Positions 16,070-29,100 of a stretch of DNA of 64,000 nucleotides are shown one piece after another. This stretch comes from Thalia democratica. Lineage: Eukaryota. Under the pieces are notes generated by a model. It worked only from the letters and a program-made list of their open reading frames with translations, did no database searches and was not told the DNA's origin. Every line of letters begins with the position of its first letter. Positions within the stretch are counted from its first letter, which is position 1. The translations under genes were made by a program, and so were the position numbers. The stretch spans positions 39,618,001-39,682,000 of the forward strand of contig OZ241832.1 of assembly GCA_965202585.1 (NCBI GenBank). Direction: 5' to 3'.

Positions 16070-17030
16070 TTTACTGAAATTTTTACAAGTTTTTAGTAAG
16101 TGACTTCAAAAAATTGTTAAACAATATTTTAATAAATACTACAAAAAATGTATTGATAAAACTATGAAAGATATTAATCTACTAGATGCTAATAATTTAA
16201 CTAGTAATTTGAAAAAAATATATGACATAATTAAAATACTCCCGTTAAAAACGCCTACATAATGGTTTAAGACCATAAAGAAAACTTATTGACTCCCAAT
16301 TGTAGATTAATCAACACATCTTAGTCCGAGGTAGGTCGTGTATGTGAGGTTAAAATTTACTGCATCAATAAAGCTATGTTTTTAAATATAAAATTAAGCA
16401 GTGGACTGATACAGACCAATTAAGTTGTCTCACTAGTTTAGAAAAACAAACGTACAGCTTTTTTAAGTTTGATGTAAAATGTTTTTATTCTTTTATCAGC
16501 GAAGAACTAGTGATAAGGTCACTAAAACTCGCTGGTATTTATACTAGCGTACCTAAGAAGACTTGAGTCTAATAAAAAACGCATGTTAGTCAGTACTCTA
16601 TGATCAAGGAAACCTAAGACGCAAGAAGAGAGTAAATAACACCAACTTTTTATTGATGCAGCGCAGGGATAGTTTATGGGTGGAGAATTTTGCCAATTAG
16701 TAGGACTTTTTTCATTAGACGGATTAAATAATGTATTTGGTTTAGAAAGAATTAGGTTGTACAAGGACGATGGTCTAGCTGTACTACCTAATTTTTCTGC
16801 ATGTAAAGTCGAAAAGTTAAAAAAACTACGGACGCTTTCTTCAAGTCTAAAGGGGTCACGAGTCACTATTTAATCACCAATGATGACAACTGACAACCTG
16901 GATGTGAAACTCAACTTGTTTGATCTCTATTATATGCTTTATAAAAAGTAAAGTTTAAAAATTATGTTTATTAATAAAAATTCTAGTTATCAAAAAACTT
17001 TAGAAAACGAATACCAAATACAATTAATCA
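16070..17030 (+). mobile_element. Decayed PLE RT fragment
   Basis: ORF 16676-16873: MGGEFCQLVG...LYKDDGLAVL. Confidence 0.88.
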
Positions 17031-18346
17031 GGGTAGGTGTCAAATATGCACGAAGGGATATTTTTTCGCAAAGACACTTTTGCAGGACGTCAATTTTGCA
17101 TGGGTGGTCACTTTTGCACGAAGACACTTTTGCACAAGACAAAATCTTTTTATTTTACTTAATTTTTGATAACATAACGTTTTTATTTTTACTGTCGTTG
17201 TTAAAAAACCGTTATATACATATTCTTTGTAATTATTTTAAGTTTGTGAACAGTATAACTCATTATATAAATATTTAACGTATTTGTTTTACAATCAACA
17301 AACTGTAAATAAGTATTCTAAACTATGATAAATTTTATTGTAAAGACAGCTTTATTTCTCTTTTTTTCATTATTAGCAAGAGAAATAAATTTTATTAGTT
17401 TTAAAAATACGTATAGTCAACTTATATTCAAAATTTTTTCTCTTCAATTTTGTATCTATTTAGTATCTTGAATCGAATAAATTTGCTGTTTTTATTTTCA
17501 ATAAAAAAAGAGAAAAGCAAAATTAATAATATATTAAACATGTTAACTTAGAGAAGTTTTTATTATCATCTCTGCAAAGTTTCGAAACTTTGTTTAATGT
17601 AGACTATGGTACATATTTAAAAAACTATTACATATTTAAAAAACATAATATTTAAATAAAGTAATTTGAAGAATTTAGAGTATAGCAGTTTTACTTTTAA
17701 AATATTTACTAAATTTATTGTGTAACTTAATAATATCAGATTGATAAAACGGCTTAAATGTTTTACCCGTTTTCAAGTTTTTAGCTTAGTTCAATTTCAA
17801 AATCCATTAGGCAACTAAGTATGATTTAAAAACAAAAAGAAAGTAAAGAAAAAAGCGAGATTAGTTTCGGATTAGTTTATTATTATAAATCTAAGTTTTA
17901 GTTATTATATAGTAATCATGGAGCAAACAAGTAAATGGAAATTTGTATGTTAAAGAGGCCATATCTTAAACGTGATTTATTTCTTAATTCATGCTAAAAG
18001 GAATTTATGAAAATAAGTTTTGGAAAACCTGTTAAAATTAAGCAGAAAACGCTATTTTATAAAATAGTTAAAGTTAAAATAGTTAAGATGGACTAAACAA
18101 CTCAGTAAGTTTAACTGATAGTAATTCGACAATTGAATTTGGTTCGATTAAACTTAGGTTAAACAATATAACACTATGAAAATACTTTTTGAACATATTT
18201 TATTACAAAAATACTTCTACTAGAAATAGAAGTGAAATATCTTTAACATATACATAAAACATACATAAATAGAAATGTTAGAATAAACCATGGAAAGAAA
18301 CTGATAAAACTTATAACACGCCAATAACACTACTTTAGACATTAAG

Positions 18347-18769
<423 letters not shown>

Positions 18770-20314
18770 CTAAATAACCTATTTTATTGAAATACACTTT
18801 TGAATTAACTATTCGCTTATTTCAACTTTATAAAACAGTTTTAATTTCTTATTATTCTGAATATATTTAAAACTTAATAGTTTTCATTTTTTCATTGTAT
18901 AGTCATTACGGTCTAAGAACAGGAAGTTTAGATTAACAAAATTCAATAACATTTAAATATTCAAAAATAACTGGTCAATAAGCATCGGAAAAAATACAAT
19001 TTGAGTTTTTCAATTAAGGTGAAACAAACTTTGCTAATCGGCGTTATTTAATGCAACGATCTTCTTAAAATTAACATAAAGTAATACATCTTTAAAATTA
19101 TTTAAAGTAACCCTACTAATTAAAAACTATAACTTAAACTGTACATGGATTAAAGTCATTTATAATCATTAAGCCCCTGCAACTTCCATATGGTTTAGTG
19201 TATATCAATTACTCATTTTAGTATATGTAGTTAAACTTGAAGTAATTATAATCAACTGGCTCTGGTATTAATTGCCTTTAACCTAAAATACATACATGAG
19301 CAAATATATCACTACTGTTAACGAAAATAATGTGTAGTACCATCATATACTACCATGTGGACTATACTTAAAAAGTTTAGATTAACAAATTTTACAAACA
19401 TTAAAGTTGCCCATTTTAATTGGTCAATAGGCATCGAAAAAATACTGTTTTGGTATTTTAATTAAAGATCATACAATCTTAGCTAAACGATGTTTTTCTA
19501 CTATAAAGAACCCCATAAAATTAACATGAAGTAAGAAATCCTAAAAATTATTTTATATAACTGTACCAAATGAAAACTTAAATTGTATATGGATTGATGT
19601 CATTAGTAATTTATAAACCATTGCAGTTACCAAATGATTTAGTGAGTACCAGTTACTCATTTTAATATATATAGTAAAATTTTAAGTAATTATAATCAAC
19701 TTGCTCTGATATTAATTGCCTTTAACCTAAAATACATACATGAGCAAATATATCATTACTACTAACGAAAATAATATGTAGTACTATCATAGCTAATATG
19801 GATTTTTTCAAAGTTACTTTCAAAAAGCAAAAACAAGTTTAATTTATGTTTATTATAGTTTGTTGAAGTTTTCCAAAACAATGTTCAAACATTCATTCAA
19901 TGTAAATAAAATAAAACAAACATACAAGATAGTTTTTAACAACCTTTAAAAACAGGTGTTTTATTTTTAGTTTCTAAAGCTAATAGTTATTGACGCATTG
20001 ATAGTAAAAAAACTTAACCGTTCTTAACACGTTGTTTATATATTTAGATTAGTCAGTCAGAAAATTAAAATACTAGTAGTTTTGAATATATAATTTATAG
20101 TTTTTGTAGTCTAAAGTGCACAGTTTTTTTTTCAAGTAGTTTAGTATGCTTTGCTTTTGAAAAGGTTTAAGACCACTGATTAGCTGAATATCATTAATAA
20201 GAACCGTTAAGTTTGAAATACAGCTGTACTTTTTAAAATTAACAAAATAAAATATTGGTGCGAAAATATTAAAACTTTAAATCAAGTTTATGATTAAATT
20301 TATTATCTTAGTCT

Positions 20315-23300
20315 TACTGAAACTTTTACGAAATTTCAGTAAGTGAATACAATAGATTATTAAACGACGATATTAGTAAATTACAAAAATTGTACTGATA
20401 AAACTATGAAATCTATTAATCTAGATTCTAGAAGTTTTCAATTGAACTAATGATTTAGAAATACATGACAGAATTTTAAAAATTCGTAAAAAACGTCAAT
20501 AACGGTTAAAAAACATTAAAAAAACTTCTGGACTCCCAATTGTAGATTAATCAAAAATTCTAAGTCCGGTGTAGGTCGTGTATGTGAGGTTTTAATTGAC
20601 TGCATCAATAAAGCTGTGCGTTTTAGATCTAACTTATGCAGTGGACTGATACAGACCAATTAAGTTGTCTCACTGGTTTGGAAAAACAAACGTAAAGCTT
20701 TTTTAAGTTTGATGTAGAATGTTTTTATCCTTTTATCAGCGAAGAACTAGTAGTAAAATCACTAAAACTCGCTGGTAATTATACTAGCGTACCTAATGAA
20801 GACTTGAGTCTAATAAAAAAAGCATGTAGGCAGCACTCTATAATCAAGGAAACCTAAGACGCAAGAAAAGAGCGAATAACTCCAGCTCTCTTTTTCATGC
20901 AGGGTATGGATCGTTTACGGGTACATAATTATGTGAATTAGTAGGACTTTTTCGTTAGACGGGTTGATAAATATATTTGGTTTAGAAATAATTGGGTTGT
21001 ACAGGGAAGATTGTCTAGCTGTACTGCCTAACTATTCAGGCTTTAAAGTCGAAAGGTTAAAAAAACAAACGCACGCCTTCTTTAAGTCTATGGCAGGGGT
21101 TCCCAACCAGGGGTGCTCGCAGCCCTTGGGGGTGCGAGGCAACATTCCAGGGGGTGCGAGATGGCTTTTCATTTTTGTAAGATAAATAAGGAGATTATCA
21201 CTCTCTGATAAAGTTTATAAAGTTAAAAAGTACATTTTGTTATGAAAAGAAAATGGCGCTAATTTTCTGATTAAAATAATTTTATTAATACGTCATAGAT
21301 CAAGAGCGCTTTTCTAGAAGTAAATTCATTTTACTAATCTCATTTAATAGCTGTTAGTTTAGAATTAACATTGCAGTAAAGCTTTATTAGACTTTTACAC
21401 CTGTGAGTTTTAATCATCTATTCTTTAAATATTTAGTTTTTTTAACTGGCCATTAGTTGTTTAAAACAGTTTATGAGCTAGCATCTATTTTAATAGAAAT
21501 ACGTAGATAAAAATTAATATCTCCAGCAGGTTTTTTATTAGCTGTTAAGAACAGATTCTATTAAGTCTATTACATTTATAATGTAATCTTTTATTAAGCT
21601 TAGTTGTGCAGAAAGTAGAGCTTAAAGATTTAACATCAGTAAATTGTGAAGTTCACATTAATTACTGTATATTATACTATTTAAGAAAACTTGTTTTTAG
21701 CTTTTGTGAAACCAATTTTTATAGATCAGCAAAAGTATTCGATGCATCATCTTTATTTCTATTCATTCCTTTTTTGAACTTAAACTGTTTACCTTTTTCA
21801 ATCTAATTTTTTTCTATTTATCTAGTAAGCATACAAACTTTCTTTTTGTATTTGCTTTTATACAAATATTTTTACAATTTAAGACTAAATATCTTTTAAC
21901 TTTTTAAAATCTTAACTCAAATCTCTATTATTTTGAAACCTCATAGCTGCTAATAGTTTCTTACGATTTGGCGTATAACGTAGCTAAATCAAAAAAACCT
22001 CATACAATTGCTGAAGAGTTGATAAAGCCATGTGTGTTACAAATGACAGAAGATGTTCTGGGAAAAGAAGCTTCAAAAAAGCTTTAGTTAGTGCCGCTCG
22101 CTATCTAATAATCTTATTGAAAGTCGAATTAAAGATTTAAGTTCGGTTTTGGATCTACTGGCAAACCTCTTTTTTTGGCTTCTTACCATGAGGCGTAAAA
22201 CGTAGCTAAATCCAAAAAGCCTCATACAGTTGCTGAAGAGTTGATAAAGCCAGGTATTTTACAAATGACAGAAGATGTTCTGGGAAAATAAGCTTCAAAA
22301 AAGCTTGAGTTACTGCCAGAAATAGCTTGATAATTGTGCATGAACCGTTTTCTTGAAAAAAGAAAAACTCTTGAACAATATTGGTGTTGTTCAATGAATA
22401 TGTTTCCAAAACTTGATGAAAAAGCACTAAGTACTCTCATTCCATTCGCGACGACTTACTTGTACGAGTCTGGATTTAGTACTGTTTTGTCAATAAAAAC
22501 TAAATCAAGAAACCGCTTGAATGCACAGGCAGACATGCGAATTGCAATCAGCAACAAAATGCCACGTTTTCAGAAAGTTTTGTGCAACAAACAGGAACAA
22601 AAAAGTCATTAACTTTAGAGTAGGTTTAAAGTTAAGTTCTTAATCTTTTCAAAATAATATTGTATGAATAGAAGTTTGATAGTTTGTTAAATACCTTGTG
22701 AGTATAACGACGTGTTATTTAGGATTTTTTTATTAAATATATAAAAGATTAGTTTAGTATTTTGTTAATGTTAAATGAAAACATTTTTGCTTTTTATAAA
22801 GATAGATTTTTTTTTTTTGTTTAATTGAAAAGTAATTTATTTTTTTAGTTAGTTTAAAAAGGAGCATGTAAAATTTCAAGTGATGAGCTCGAAACTCACT
22901 TGCTTGACCTTCAGAAAACGTTTATCGTTGCAGAGGGAAGAGTGAGTTCTATTGTTTTCTCCCTTATAAAAAATAAACAAAACTTGTTCGAATATAGTAT
23001 AATATTTTATTAAATTTCAAAGTATTTTATTTTTGTTAATGTAGTACACTACCATAAAAATTAAAAAACATATTATTAGTTAATAAAATCAATAGTTTTA
23101 TAAACAAATTATTAATAAATAATTATAGCATATAGTGTTAGGGGTGTGAGATCAAATTAACAGACTTTAGGGGTGCGGGGCATCAAAAAGGTTGGGAACC
23201 ACTGGTCTATGGGGTTACGAGTCACTGTTTAATCACTAATGATGACAACTGACAACTTGGATGTGATACTCTACTTGTTTGATCTTTCTTATATGCTTTA

Positions 23301-23395
23301 TTATATTATATTATATGTTTCAAAAATTATGTTTATTAATAAAAATTCTAGTTATCAAAAAACTTTAGAAAACAAATACCAAATACAACTAATCA
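20315..23395 (+). mobile_element. Decayed PLE RT fragment split by the hAT insertion (20315-21093 and 23205-23395)
   Basis: GLYREDCLAVL...HAFFKS precedes the hAT, and GLRVTV...TTDNLDV resumes after it. Confidence 0.85.
21094..23204 (+). mobile_element. Non-autonomous hAT (Buster/Charlie-type) DNA transposon, 2111 bp
   Basis: TIRs CAGGGGTTCCCAACC and GGTTGGGAACCACTG (15 bp, 1 mismatch). Perfect 8-bp TSD GTCTATGG at 21086-21093 and 23205-23212, with the central TA typical of Buster. Transposase remnants: SYDLAYNVAKSKKPHTIAEELIKPC (about 21950-22140, duplicated about 22190-22320) and C-terminal LIPFATTYLYESGFS...KTKSRNRL...KQEQKSH (to 22612). Confidence 0.95.
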
Positions 23396-24175
23396 GGGTA
23401 GGTGTCAAATATGCACGAAGGGACATTTTTAAGCAAAGACACTTTTGGATGACGTCAATTTTGCATGACTGGTCACTTATGCACGAAGACACTTTTGCAC
23501 AGGATAAAATCTTTTTATTTTATATAATTTTTTGATAACGTAATGTTTTTATTTTTACTGTCGTTGTTAAAGACCCGTTATATTTAGAATCTTTGTAATT
23601 AGTTTAAGTTTGTGAACAGTATAACTCATTATACAAATATTTAACATGTTTGTTTTACAATCAACATACTGTAAATAAGTATTCTAAATTGTGATGATAA
23701 ATTTTATTGTAAAAATACAGTTTTATTCCTCTTTTTTTTTATTGTTAGCTATAGAAATAAATTTTATCAGTTTTAAGAATACGTATAGCTATCTTACTTT
23801 CAAAAATTTTTCTCTTCAATTTTGTATATCTTTCAGTATTTCGAATCGAATCGAATAAATTTGCTGTTTTTATTTTCAAAAAAAAAAGAGAAAATTAAAA
23901 TTGATAGTTCATTAAATATGTTAACTAAAAAACGGAAGTTTTTATCTTCATGTCAGCAAAGTTTCGATATTTTGTTTAATGTAGACTATGGTGTATATTT
24001 AATCAACTTCAAATAAAACATTTCGTAGAATTTAGAGTATAGGAGTTATACTTTTCAAATATTTACTAAATTTATTGTGTAACTTTAAAATATCAGATTG
24101 ATAAAACGGCTTAAATGTTTTACCTGTTTAAGTTTTTAGCTCAGTTCAATTTCAAAATCCATTAGGCAATTAAGT

Positions 24176-24335
24176 ATTACGAGTTAATGATGAAAAACGC
24201 GGTTACAATGATAAACTTTAGTTTGAAAAAACGGAGAAGAGACTAAAACGAAAATTATAAATAAAAGAAAACGAAATATAGTTTGATATAATCCCCCATT
24301 TAGTAGTTCAGTTTAAACAAATATTGGCAGAGAAG
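24176..24335 (+). mobile_element. PLE 3' (thumb/linker) fragment at the inversion junction
   Basis: Translates NKRKRNIV*YNPPFSSSV*TNIGR, matching the PLE RKRNI.W.NPP.S..V.TNIG motif. Confidence 0.8.
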
Positions 24336-25024
24336 TTATAAACCACTAGACTACGAAAATTATAAATTATATATTTAAAAAGACTAATATTTTAATTTTT
24401 GACTGCCTAATCTAAATACATAAACAACATGTTAAGAACGGTTAAACTTTTTGACTATCAATGCGTCAATAACTATTAGCTTTAGCAACTAAAAATAAAA
24501 CACCTGTTTTTAAACGTTGTTAAAAACTATCTTGTATGTTTGTTTTATTTTATTTACATTGAATGAATGTTTAAAGATTGTTTTCAAAAACTTCAACAAA
24601 ATACAATAAAAATAAATCAAACTTGTTTTTGCTTTTCGAAAGTAACTTTGAAAAAAATCCATATTAGCTACGATAGTACTACACATTATTTTCGTTATCA
24701 GTAATGATATACTTGCTCATGTAAGTATATTAGGTTAAAAACAATTAATATCAGAGCAAGTTGATTATAATTACTTAAAATTTTACTATATATACTAAAA
24801 TAAGCAATTGATACCTACCTAACCATATATATACGGCGGTGGTTTATAAAGTATTAATGACATTAATCCAAGTTTAATTAAAGTTCTCGTTTGGTACGGT
24901 TATTTAAAATAACTTCAAGGTTTTAATTTATACTAACTTTATAAGGTTTTTTAAATTGTTAGCATCGGTTAGCTTAGATTGTTCTACCCTTGACTAAAAT
25001 TGTATTTACTTCGATGCCTATTGA

Positions 25025-25029
25025 CCAAT
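25025..25029 (+). promoter_or_regulatory. CCAAT box about 195-225 nt upstream of the H3 ATG (shown for copy 7)
   Basis: TTGACCAAT sits at the homologous position for copies 1 (3977-3981), 2 (7749-7753), 3 (11493-11497), 4 (12406-12410), 7 and 10 (37161-37165). It is mutated in copies 5, 6 and 9 and deleted in copy 8. CCAAT boxes are typical of histone promoters. Confidence 0.55.
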
Positions 25030-25226
25030 TAAAATGGATAATTTTAATTTTTTTGATTTTTGTTGATCAAAACTTCCTGTCTTTAGTCCATAATGACTAT
25101 ACATTGAAAAATTTAAAACTGTTATATTCAGGAAATATTAGAAATTGAAACTACTTTAAAAAAATTTAAAGTCGAAATAGACTAAAAAATTGTTTATAAT
25201 ATATTTCAATAAAATAGGTTATTTAG

Positions 25227-25649
<423 letters not shown>

Positions 25650-25787
25650 CTTCATTTCTAAAGCAGTGATTAATGTGTTATAAGTTTTATCAGTTTTTTT
25701 TCTATGGTTTATTCTAGCATTTCTATTTTTGTGTGTTTTATGTATATATTAAAGATTCTTACCTTTTATTTGTAGAAGTATTTTCGA

Positions 25788-25793
25788 AATAAA
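25788..25793 (+). terminator. Putative polyadenylation signal AATAAA of H3 (shown for copy 7)
   Basis: A homologous AATAAA follows the stop in copies 1 (3208-3213), 2 (6979-6984), 3 (10726-10731), 6, 7, 8 (30993-30998), 9 (32993-32998) and 10 (37939-37944), with a GT/T-rich tract downstream. It is mutated in copies 4 and 5. Confidence 0.55.
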
Positions 25794-27462
25794 AATTGTT
25801 CAAAGACTCTTCTCATTTTGTTATCTTGTTTAACCTAAGTCTTATATTTTTAAGACAGTTTTCTATTTGTTATTATTTTAATTAAAGAAGAAGGTTCTAC
25901 TGTTGATAGATAGTAACATCCACCAGAAAAATTTACCGCTTACGAACGATATATTAGCCAACTCAAAATAATAGATGAAAAATTTTAAGGTTTTCACAAA
26001 ATATTTTATGTCATTGAAACTTGTAATAGGTTATGGATGTCGTGAGTTTGAAACATTATTTTTGTGTGCTGCCTGTTACAGTTAATAAGTAAGGCTTACT
26101 TATTACTAAAACAGAAAATTCTTCAACACTAATTTTTAAACTAATTTGAGTACACTCGTACAAATATGTGTAAATCGAAGAAATGCTAATTTAAGTTTTA
26201 AAAATCTAATATATTAATAATACTTATGTTGTATAATTAATGTATATAAAATTTATCTACTATTAAATATCTTCTTTAACACTATCTTTCTGCGAAGTAA
26301 TATTGCATAATAAGTAAAGCTATCATATTATATTATAAATCTTACCACTTACAATTGACTTAAGCCAAATTCAGTTGTCATTAACAAAATTACTAAGTTG
26401 TTTAGTCCAGCTTAACTATTTTCACTTCAGCTATTTTATAAAATAGTATTTTATGCAAAGTTCTGACAGACTTTTCAAAACTCATTTTCAGAATTTCCCT
26501 TTTAACATGAAATAAAAAATAAATCACAATCAAGATATCGCCTCTTTAACATGTAAGTTTTTATAAACTTATGATCCATGATCATTATATGTAAACAATA
26601 ACTAAGGCTTATTATACTAATTTATTCGAAACTATCTTGCTTTTATCTTATAACTTTCAAATAATATATGATTGCCTAATAGATTTTGAGATTAAACTAA
26701 GCTAAAATACTTGAAGAACAGATAAAACATTTAAGCCGTTTTATCTACCTGATTTTATCTAGTTACTCAGTAACTTACTAAACAATTGAAAAATATAATT
26801 CCTAAACTCTAAATTCTTCGAAATGTTTTATTTGAAGTTGATTAAATATTTACCATAGTCTACATAAAACTCAAAGTATTGAAACTTTGCAGACATTAAA
26901 ATAACAACTTCTGTTTTTAGTTCACATATTTTTTAAGTTGTTTATTTTGCTTTCTCTCTTTTTCTATTGAAATAAAAACAGCAAATTTATTCGATTTTAA
27001 TTTGATTCAAAATACTAAAGATACGAAATTGAAGAGTAAAAATATTGAAAATGAAATGTAAATGACTTAACGTTTGTTTTTAAACTGATAAAATTTATTT
27101 CTACAGCTAAGAATAATAAAAGAATTGAGTCACTAAACCGTTATGATTTTAAAATAAAAAAACATAATTATTATTTATGCGTATTTACAATTTTTGAATG
27201 TAAAACAAATATGTTAAGCATTTGTATAATGAGTTATACTGTTCACAAACTAAAACTGATTACAAGTATTATATATATAACGGGTCTTTAACACTGATAG
27301 TAAAAATAAAAACATTATGTTATCAAGAAATTATATAAAATAAAAAGATTTTATGTTGTACAAAAGTGTCTTCGAACAAAAGTGACCACTCATGCAAAAT
27401 TGACGCCTTGCTAAAGTGTTATTGCGCTAAAATTTTCCTTCGTGCATATTTGACACCTACCC

Positions 27463-28412
27463 TGATTAATTATATTTGGTATTTGTTTTCTAAAGTTTTT
27501 TGATAACTAGAATTTTTATTAATAAACATAATTTTTGAACTTTACTTTTTATAATGCATATAGGAGAAAACATATAAGTTGAGTTTCACATCTAAGTTGT
27601 CAGTTGTCATCATTGGTGATTAAACAGTGACTCGTAACCCCTTCAGACTTGAAGAAAGCGTGCGTTTGTTTTTTAACTTTTCGACTTAAAAGCCAGAAGA
27701 ATTCACCAGTACAGCTAGACCATCTTCCCTGTACACCCAATTCTTTCTAAACTATATATATTTTTTAACTCGTCTAACGAAAAAAGTCCTACCAATTCAC
27801 ATAATTCTGTACCCATAAACGATTCATACCCTGCATGAAAAAAAGAGCTGGTGTTATTTTCTCTTTTCTTGCGTCTTAGGTTTCCTTGATCTAGGGTACT
27901 AACTTACATGCGTTTTTTATTAGACTTAAGTCTTCAATAGGTAAGCTAGTATAACTATCAGGGAATTTCAGTGATTTTATTACTAATTCTTCGCTGATAA
28001 AAGGATAAAAATAAACTACATCAAACTTAAAAAGGCTGTACCCTTTTTTTAAATCAGTGAACTAATTTACTTGGTCTGTACCAGTCCACTGCTTAATTTT
28101 AGATTTTAAACGCACAGCTTTATTGATGCAGTCAATTTTAACCTCACATACACAACCTACCTCGGACTTAAAAGTGTTGATTAATCTACAATTGGGAGTC
28201 AAGAAGTTTTCTTAATGGTTTTCAAACGTTATGTTTGCGTTTTTTTACGAAAGTTTTTTGATTCTGTCATGTATTTTTAAGTTATTAGTTAAATTAATAG
28301 TCTCTAGAATCTAAATAAAAAAGTTTCATAGCTCTATTAGTACATTTTTAGTAATCTTTAATAATATCGTCGTTTAATAATCTTTTATAGTCACTTTCTG
28401 AAATTTCGTAAA
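27463..28412 (-). mobile_element. Decayed PLE RT fragment, inverted block
   Basis: Reverse complement of the plus-strand PLE fragments; contains LYREDGL. Confidence 0.85.
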
Positions 28413-28875
28413 TGTTAGAAGTTTTATCCAAAAGTACAATCAAATATGTTTTATTGTTTATTTTTTCTATCACTGTTAATCCTAACCCTTACTTTGTCAG
28501 TCACTTTTTTGTTATATCTTTTTGTTTTTTAAATATTATTTTTTTTCGTAATTTTGTTTTCAACTTTTAGTAGTTATTTTTATTTATTTTTTTACTATCA
28601 CTGTTACCACCCTTATACTCAGTTTGTAACATATTTTTTCTTCTTTTTGCTTTTTTATATTTTATCTTTTTGTTTTGTTTTTGTTTTTAGTTTTAATTAA
28701 GTTTTTTAATTTGATTTTGTGCTTTTTTTCACTTTTGTGCAAAAATAACTCTTTGTAAAAAATGACTCTTCGTCCGAAAAGTCGTTGTGCAAAAATGTCC
28801 ATTGTGCAAAAGTGTCCCTTTGTGCATATTTGGCCATATGTTCAAAAATATCTTCGTGCATATTTGACCCGTTTC
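28413..28875 (+). mobile_element. Right arm of a Mutator-like MITE (subterminal GTGCAAAA repeats, CCTAACCCT motif, TIR ...CTTCGTGCATATTTGACCCGTTTC)
   Basis: Its TIR is the reverse complement of the left-arm core GTCAAATATGCACGAAG found in the repeat units. It is followed by CAATTGGTCA, which matches CAATT(G/A)ATCA before the left arms, giving a candidate 10-bp TSD. The superfamily assignment is inferred from TSD length. Confidence 0.7.
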
Positions 28876-29100
28876 CAATTGGTCAACGTTTAAATAAAAG
28901 ATCTAGTGACAAAGAAAAATTTTTGAAGACAAAACAGGATTACGAGTTAATGATGAAAAAACGCGGTTACAATGATAAACTTTAGTTTGAAAAAACGGAG
29001 AAAAAAACTAAAACGAACATTATAAATAAAAGAAAACGAAATATAGTTTGGTATAATCCCCCATTCAGTAGTTTAGTTTAAACAAATAATGGCACAGAAA
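28876..29100 (+). mobile_element. PLE 3' fragment continuing the RT ORF beyond the MITE
   Basis: IGQRLNKRSSDKEKFLKTKQDYELMMKKRGYNDKL*...KRKRNIVWYNPPFSS. Confidence 0.85.

Noticed and set aside
28480-28500. CCTAACCCT as an interstitial telomere
   Set aside because: Only one or two imperfect units, always inside the same MITE family.
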